From a virus (Duplodnaviria; Heunggongvirae; Uroviricota; Caudoviricetes): a stretch of DNA of 64,000 bases. Every line of letters starts with the position of its first letter. Position 1 is the stretch's first letter. The notes beneath the pieces were generated by a model. That model was given only the letters and a program-made list of their open reading frames with translations. It had not been told where the DNA came from and did no database searches. The stretch spans positions 1-64,000 of the IMG/VR virus record IMGVR_UViG_3300040801_001810. One strand, written 5' to 3'. Positions 58,505 to 64,000 of the stretch are shown in pieces. The position numbers were made by a program, and so were the translations under genes.

Positions 58505-59447
58505 AGTGAACGTAATAGCTATCGTAACTCACGGAAGACCAGAACTATTAAAGATACACTGCGAACAGTTACTAAAGAATCCTGAGCTAGGAGATTATCT
58601 AGTTCACTTCTTTCCAGACTATGGATTTCATCCAGATGTAATGAAAGTTATTAAATGGTTTAGGTCAGAGCATAAGAATATCAAGATTACTATGAGATCA
58701 GAAGCTGATAGTAAGAAGTCTCCACTACCTGCCTTTTACAATATCTTCGATGCTTATCGTATCTGTGCTGAAGAAGCTGATGAATATGTTCTTCCTGCTG
58801 AAGAAGATATTGTTCCTACTAATGACTACTTACGATATCACAGAAAAGTATATGATAACTTTTTATCTAAATATGATAAAATATTTTGCGCTACTACTAA
58901 ACGTAGACAGCTAAATGAACAAATTGGTAATCCTGAATTACTAATAGGAGATATGCAAATATGTCAACCTACTATTGTGACATGCAAGGTGATAAAGACA
59001 ATCCTTATTCCTTTAATGGCTTCCAAGAACTTTTGGACTCCGTGGATATTCAATCAGGAGATGTATTCTACATATCGACATCCCCCTCAACATCACACGC
59101 ATCACGACGGCCAGTTAGAAAGAATAGCAGAAACGAACGGAATGTTCAGTCTGAAGCCAGACCAAGCAAGAAGCGCTCATATAGGCGTAGGTGGCCAGCA
59201 CTTCGATGGTAAGGTAGAAGGAAGAACATTAGAAGAAAAGGTAGAATATATGAAGTCTATAATGCATAATGGAGACGCACTAAGAGAAGCCTCTGATAAT
59301 CCTAAGGACATGTGTTCAGTTAAATTTGACAGTGACCCATGGAAAGAATTATATTTAGATATAGATAGAAATAAAGTCATAACCCAGTCAGCTGACTTTG
59401 ATCCTGAAAATAAATTTAAGGAGTACATACAATCATGCCAACATTAA
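58479..59447 (+). CDS. GT-A fold glycosyltransferase-like protein
   Basis: HGRPELL, FFPD, EEDIV..DYL, RSAHIG. Confidence 0.65.
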   Translation: MNIYQKAYKVNVIAIVTHGRPELLKIHCEQLLKNPELGDYLVHFFPDYGFHPDVMKVIKWFRSEHKNIKITMRSEADSKKSPLPAFYNIFDAYRICAEEADEYVLPAEEDIVPTNDYLRYHRKVYDNFLSKYDKIFCATTKRRQLNEQIGNPELLIGDMQICQPTIVTCKVIKTILIPLMASKNFWTPWIFNQEMYSTYRHPPQHHTHHDGQLERIAETNGMFSLKPDQARSAHIGVGGQHFDGKVEGRTLEEKVEYMKSIMHNGDALREASDNPKDMCSVKFDSDPWKELYLDIDRNKVITQSADFDPENKFKEYIQSCQH

Positions 59448-59666
59448 AAGATGTAGCAGTAATACCAGAACAAAACAGAGACCAATTTAGAAAGTATCTA
59501 CAGATGTTATCTGCGTCAGAACCAGGCGTATCAATAACATTTTCTGTAGAATTATTTAGAAATGGACACAGAAGATTTGATTATACAGCGATATGTGATA
59601 CGCAAGAGATAGCGGTTAAAATTCAACAAAAAATTCGAGATGGAGAACTCGCTCATGGAGGTTGAT

Positions 59667-60140
59667 ATGAAATATAAGTTAGTAAAACTTACACCAAAGC
59701 ACGATCAGTTAGTAATTAACTTAGTTAAATCCACAATGGGAAAAGAAGTAGGAGAACATTGTGTACAAGCATTTGAAGACGTAAGTGCTTGTGATAAAAG
59801 ATCCCTTTGGGGAGCATTTAATGAAGGATACGAACTAGTAGGATGTTGTGGTATATACGACGGCTTCTATGATAAGAAGAAATGTTACATTAGTTGGTTC
59901 TCAGTAGATGAAAAGCTTCAAAGATCTGGTCTTGGCACTCAGATGATGGATCATATAACTAAGCTGGCTTTGGACGAAGGATTTAATTGGATGTATGTTG
60001 AAACATACGACAATGAACAATTTAGAAAAGCTAATAACTTCTATCGTAAATGCGGCTTCAGTAACGCAGGTTCAATACTAGGATATCTAGAAGATGGAAG
60101 TGACGCAATGTACTATCGTAAGAGGATTAGAGATGTCTAA
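59667..60140 (+). CDS. GNAT acetyltransferase
   Basis: WFSVDEKLQRSGLGT, VET, A..FYRKCGF. Confidence 0.88.
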   Translation: MKYKLVKLTPKHDQLVINLVKSTMGKEVGEHCVQAFEDVSACDKRSLWGAFNEGYELVGCCGIYDGFYDKKKCYISWFSVDEKLQRSGLGTQMMDHITKLALDEGFNWMYVETYDNEQFRKANNFYRKCGFSNAGSILGYLEDGSDAMYYRKRIRDV

Positions 60141-60951
60141 GAACATTATAGCTGGTCCATGGCTCGGAGAGTTTGGTTGGGAACTTATGAGATGGCAAGG
60201 CGTGTTCCGTAAACTAGCTTACGATGGCTGGAATGTTTATATGATAGCCAGAGATGGACATCAAGAACTCTATAAAGACTACGTTAAAGAGTTCATCCCA
60301 GCAGAGAGTTTGGGATTTAATACTAAAGGCGAGACCGATGGTTGGAGAATTAATAATGAAGTTCCCTCCCTTACGATGGATCAGAAAAACGCTATTTGCT
60401 CTAGTGCTAAGTATGTATCTGCGGCTGTCTGTATGCAGATGTCGAAACAAGAATTTATAAAGTATGGTGAAGATTCTTTTTGTCTAAGATACCCAATTAT
60501 AATACATGCTAGAGCAACACAAAAAGGCGGAACAGATATTAGGAATTGGCCTAGAGAAAAATGGGAAGAACTAGTAGCTAGATTAGTAAAAATAGGAACC
60601 TTTCCAATAGCATGTATTGGATCTAAAGAAGGAGCTATGTGTTTTGATAATTGTATAGACAAACGTGGCGAAAATCTAATAAACACAGTTGATATATTAC
60701 AATGTTGTAACCTAGTTATTGGACCTTCATCGGGACCAATGCATTTAGCTAGTTTATGTGGTACTCCTCACCTGGTGTGGACAGATGACAAGTTCTGGGG
60801 CAGTTGTAACGGCACTAATAGACAAAGATATGAAACAAATTGGAACCCTTTAGGTACAAAAACTATAATATTAGATGAAGATAACTGGCAACCATCAGTA
60901 GATACAGTAGAAAAAGCAATCAAGGATTTTTTTAATGGACAAGATAAATAA
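60133..60951 (+). CDS. GT9 (heptosyltransferase-like) glycosyltransferase
   Basis: GEFGWEL, RNWP..KWEEL, IGPSSGPMHLASLCGTP. Confidence 0.8.
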   Translation: MSKNIIAGPWLGEFGWELMRWQGVFRKLAYDGWNVYMIARDGHQELYKDYVKEFIPAESLGFNTKGETDGWRINNEVPSLTMDQKNAICSSAKYVSAAVCMQMSKQEFIKYGEDSFCLRYPIIIHARATQKGGTDIRNWPREKWEELVARLVKIGTFPIACIGSKEGAMCFDNCIDKRGENLINTVDILQCCNLVIGPSSGPMHLASLCGTPHLVWTDDKFWGSCNGTNRQRYETNWNPLGTKTIILDEDNWQPSVDTVEKAIKDFFNGQDK

Positions 60952-61636
60952 CATACTAGACAACCTACGAGAAGGTGTACCGCAAGCACTTGCCAGATTT
61001 AATGATGGCGAGGCTCAAGCTATAGTTCAACCTGATTGCACAGTAGCTAGAGGAGACCAGTACGTATCACCAGGACTATCAAATGCATTACACGAAGCTA
61101 TACAGTATGAACAAGAAAACTATTGGATAGGTCTACCATGTGATGTATGTGCAACTGAAAAATGGTATCACAAAATTAAGCATCTTGTAAGACCAGATTA
61201 TGAGTATCTAACTAAAGCTGTAGTAACTACCAATCGTAATTGGAAATTATTTACTGAAGAACTCCCAAAAATACTCAAAAATAAACCAGTACATTGGGTC
61301 GGATCAAAAGAACAACAATTAAATAAACTACCATTCAAAGTATATAACCATATTCATACTAACAGTCAAAATGCTTGGGAACAATACAAAGATATAATAT
61401 CTTGGGCAACAGATATATATCCAACAAGAGATGACAACGACGTTCACTATCTAGGTGAAGGAGAAATAGTAATTTTAGCTTGTGGTCCTCTATCTAGAGT
61501 ATTAGTAAGACATTGGTTTGAGAAAAGACCGAATTGTACTTTCCTAGATGTAGGAAGCGCTTTTGATCCATGGACCAGAAATGTATGGCATAATTGTCAC
61601 AAAGGAACCTTAGGCCCTTGTAAAGGATGTAACTAA
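60935..61636 (+). CDS. GT-D fold (DUF1792-like) protein
   Basis: ARFNDGE, LACGP, FLDVGSAFDP. Confidence 0.7.
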   Translation: MDKINNILDNLREGVPQALARFNDGEAQAIVQPDCTVARGDQYVSPGLSNALHEAIQYEQENYWIGLPCDVCATEKWYHKIKHLVRPDYEYLTKAVVTTNRNWKLFTEELPKILKNKPVHWVGSKEQQLNKLPFKVYNHIHTNSQNAWEQYKDIISWATDIYPTRDDNDVHYLGEGEIVILACGPLSRVLVRHWFEKRPNCTFLDVGSAFDPWTRNVWHNCHKGTLGPCKGCN

Positions 61637-62616
61637 TGATACAATATTCACACCCAAACTTCACAGTAGATGAATCCTTAAAGAATTGGTTAGGAGATAT
61701 TCTAGATGGTGGTTGGGTTAGCATTGGAACATATACAAATCAGTTAGAAGAAACAGTAGCAGATAGATTCAAAGTAAAGCATGTAATAGCTTGTGCTAAT
61801 GCAACGACAGGATTAATTATTGCACTTAAGGCAGCAGGTATAACTAATCTTAAAATAGAAGTACCAGCATTTACCTGGCCAAGTACAATTTATGCATTAG
61901 TTTGTAATGGAAATACACCAATATATACAGATATAAAAAAAGATACTTGGACTATAGATACAACTACACAAAGATATGTACTACCTGTAGATACATTTGG
62001 AGCATCAGCTGGGAAATATGCTAATGCTGTCTATGATGCTGCCCATGCATGGGATGTGCCTGATCTAGGACATAGGGGAATTGCAGAAGTACTATCATTA
62101 TCTTTTACTAAGGTGGTTACAGCTACAGAAGGCGGGCTTATCTTAACAAATGATGATGAAGTAGCAGAAACATGTAGAGAACTAAGAAGACTGTCAGGAA
62201 GACTAGAAGAAGTAAATGCATTTATTGCGCTGAGATCGATTGATTACTGGGATACTGAAGCCAAGGAGCATAGACAATATCTTGTTAATAGCTATAAAAA
62301 GGCATTTGATTTTAACTTTAGTGTGCAAGAAGGAAATATAAATAACAGCGTATTTAGTATTGTATTACCTACTCCAGCCATGAGAGACAAAATACTAAAA
62401 GAACTAAGTTTAAAACAAATAGAAACAAAAATATATTATGAGCCTCTTATTGATGGTTTAGAAACAACTGACTATATCTATTCACAAAGCATAGCTCTTC
62501 CATTAAATAGATTCATTACAGACGAACAAATCAAAGAGATAGCAGACATAGCAAATATGGCAGTTAAAGGCTGTCCAGGAAAAGATTATCTAAATAGATA
62601 CATTGGGAGAATATAA
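61636..62616 (+). CDS. DegT/DnrJ/EryC1/StrS sugar aminotransferase
   Basis: NATTGL, PAFTWPST, VDTFG, YDAAHA, SLSFTK..TEGG, IALP. Confidence 0.92.
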   Translation: MIQYSHPNFTVDESLKNWLGDILDGGWVSIGTYTNQLEETVADRFKVKHVIACANATTGLIIALKAAGITNLKIEVPAFTWPSTIYALVCNGNTPIYTDIKKDTWTIDTTTQRYVLPVDTFGASAGKYANAVYDAAHAWDVPDLGHRGIAEVLSLSFTKVVTATEGGLILTNDDEVAETCRELRRLSGRLEEVNAFIALRSIDYWDTEAKEHRQYLVNSYKKAFDFNFSVQEGNINNSVFSIVLPTPAMRDKILKELSLKQIETKIYYEPLIDGLETTDYIYSQSIALPLNRFITDEQIKEIADIANMAVKGCPGKDYLNRYIGRI

Positions 62617-63842
62617 TGAATGTAGTATATGTACAACCTTACTACCATAATATATGGGAAGCTTTAGGTATAGGATACATAGAATCTTATTGTAGAAAAC
62701 ATTATAAAGGATATTTAGAAACCTCATTCTATCAAGGATACTTTGATAACGATGATCGTATAGTAAATGCCTGTACGCACGCAAATATAGTTGCTTTCTC
62801 GTGCACATCAACTGCAATAGCTCCAGCTAAGAAGCTAACTGAGAGAATAAAAAAGATTAATCCTAATGTTAAAATAGTTGTAGGCGGATGGCATGTAACA
62901 GCAACTAAGCAAAAACCTGAATGGGCTGACCAAATAGTTATTGGTGAAGGAGAGAAAGCTTTTCTAAGAATACTAGAAGGGGAAGAAGCCCCTATAGTAT
63001 TAGGAGAAAAGTTACCTTTCTCAGAACTTCCTCATCCAGATAGATGCACTATAAAAAACTCTAGAACAGTAGATCTATGTGAAAAGATGATTGGTAAGAG
63101 AGTATTAAGTCTTCAATCAAATAGAGGATGCCCAATGAATTGTGCTTACTGCTCTGAAGTATGTATGACTGGTAAATTAAATAAAGCAACTAATCCTATT
63201 AGAAGCAGAGACCCTAAAGATGTTTGTGACGAATTAGAATCTCTAATCAAGATAGAGGATATAGATCAATTTAAATTTGTAGATGCTACATTTGATATAT
63301 CAGAAGAATATGTAGAAGCCTTTTGCAATGAGAAAATTAGTAGAGGAATTACTATAGAATGGGAATGCCTAGTTCATGCTGCATTTGCTACAGAAAAGAT
63401 GATGGCAAAATTAGCTGAAGCTAATTGTGTTCAGATTAATGTTGGTTGTGAAAGTGGAAGTCCTAAGGTTTTAAAACAAATACGAAAAGGCGTAACAATA
63501 GATAAAGTTAAACAAGTATTTGAGTGGGCAAAAAAGTATAATATAGGTAGACGAGCATTCTTTATCTTAGGTATGCCAGATGAAACCGAAGAAGATATTA
63601 GGATGACAGAAACTTTAGCAGATCAGCTAGATGCAGACGTAGTTGGTTTCACTATATTATGTCCTTATCCAGGCAGCGATTTCTATGATCCAATCAGACA
63701 CAAATACATTAGCTGGGATAAGACAGATGAATATGGTAATGACTTCTGGAAATCAAATCATCTAGAGAACTGGGAGCTACATAAATGGCAAGAATATCTT
63801 ACTAAGAAATACGAAAATAAACTATGCGAGAGGCAGAAATGA
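62616..63842 (+). CDS. B12-binding radical SAM enzyme
   Basis: LGIGYI, VGGWHVT, GEGE, SNRGCPMNCAYC, GCESGS, FILGMPDET, PYPGS. Confidence 0.93.
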   Translation: MNVVYVQPYYHNIWEALGIGYIESYCRKHYKGYLETSFYQGYFDNDDRIVNACTHANIVAFSCTSTAIAPAKKLTERIKKINPNVKIVVGGWHVTATKQKPEWADQIVIGEGEKAFLRILEGEEAPIVLGEKLPFSELPHPDRCTIKNSRTVDLCEKMIGKRVLSLQSNRGCPMNCAYCSEVCMTGKLNKATNPIRSRDPKDVCDELESLIKIEDIDQFKFVDATFDISEEYVEAFCNEKISRGITIEWECLVHAAFATEKMMAKLAEANCVQINVGCESGSPKVLKQIRKGVTIDKVKQVFEWAKKYNIGRRAFFILGMPDETEEDIRMTETLADQLDADVVGFTILCPYPGSDFYDPIRHKYISWDKTDEYGNDFWKSNHLENWELHKWQEYLTKKYENKLCERQK

Positions 63843-64000
63843 AAATAGCAATAGAAATTTCAGGACAACTAAGATCCTATAAAAAAACATATAAAATATT
63901 TAAAGAAAAATTTATGAATAAAGATACTGATATATTTATTCATACATGGAATAATAAAGGAATATCAACAAAAGATAGAAAGTATGTAGAAAATACTTGT
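63839..64000 (+). CDS. partial glycosyltransferase-like protein (truncated by window end)
   Basis: MKIAIEISGQLR...DIFIHTW. Confidence 0.55.
   Translation, partial: MKIAIEISGQLRSYKKTYKIFKEKFMNKDTDIFIHTWNNKGISTKDRKYVENTC

Noticed and set aside
779-62817. Many short minus-strand and nested alternative-frame ORFs
   Set aside because: Shadows of well-supported + strand genes with no RBS or motifs; only 48491..49516 is credible on the minus strand.
1-64000. Stop-codon recoding or suppressor tRNA
   Set aside because: Long genes are intact in code 11, TAG and TGA both terminate genes, and there is no CTA or TCA anticodon.

Overview
AT-rich, gene-dense, almost entirely + strand segment of a large lytic-type dsDNA bacteriophage genome (standard genetic code; no capsid or tail genes in the window). 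~1-16.7 kb is a tRNA region: 16 tRNA genes, one 127-nt tRNA-like RNA and one tRNA fragment, interleaved with HNH/PD-(D/E)XK nucleases, GroES, a vWA protein, an ATP-dependent DNA ligase, an HD (SpoT-like) hydrolase, a cyclic-phosphate-processing receiver domain and a DRB0094-type RNA ligase. ~17-55 kb holds replication, recombination and proteostasis genes: ClpA/B-like and Ycf46-like AAA+ ATPases, DUF1257/DUF2997 (two sets in the window), SSB, RecA, UvrD, PolB, sigma factor, Cas4-like nuclease, Rad52/Sak, primase-helicase and RtcB. ~55.8-64 kb is a glycosyltransferase / aminotransferase / B12-radical-SAM cluster. Best candidates for undescribed biology: (1) a leader-peptide attenuator plus boxA whose leader codons match the downstream tRNAs, apparently gating a tRNA + RNA-repair + alarmone-hydrolase unit; (2) a phage-encoded ubiquitin-like module (ThiF/E1, a 792-aa Cys-motif protein, a Gly-Gly-ended beta-grasp protein); (3) atypical tRNAs and tRNA-like RNAs; (4) a recurrent terminal [LIVF]-x-[LI]-R peptide motif in ~16 unrelated proteins. 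All family calls come from motif recognition by eye, not database searches.
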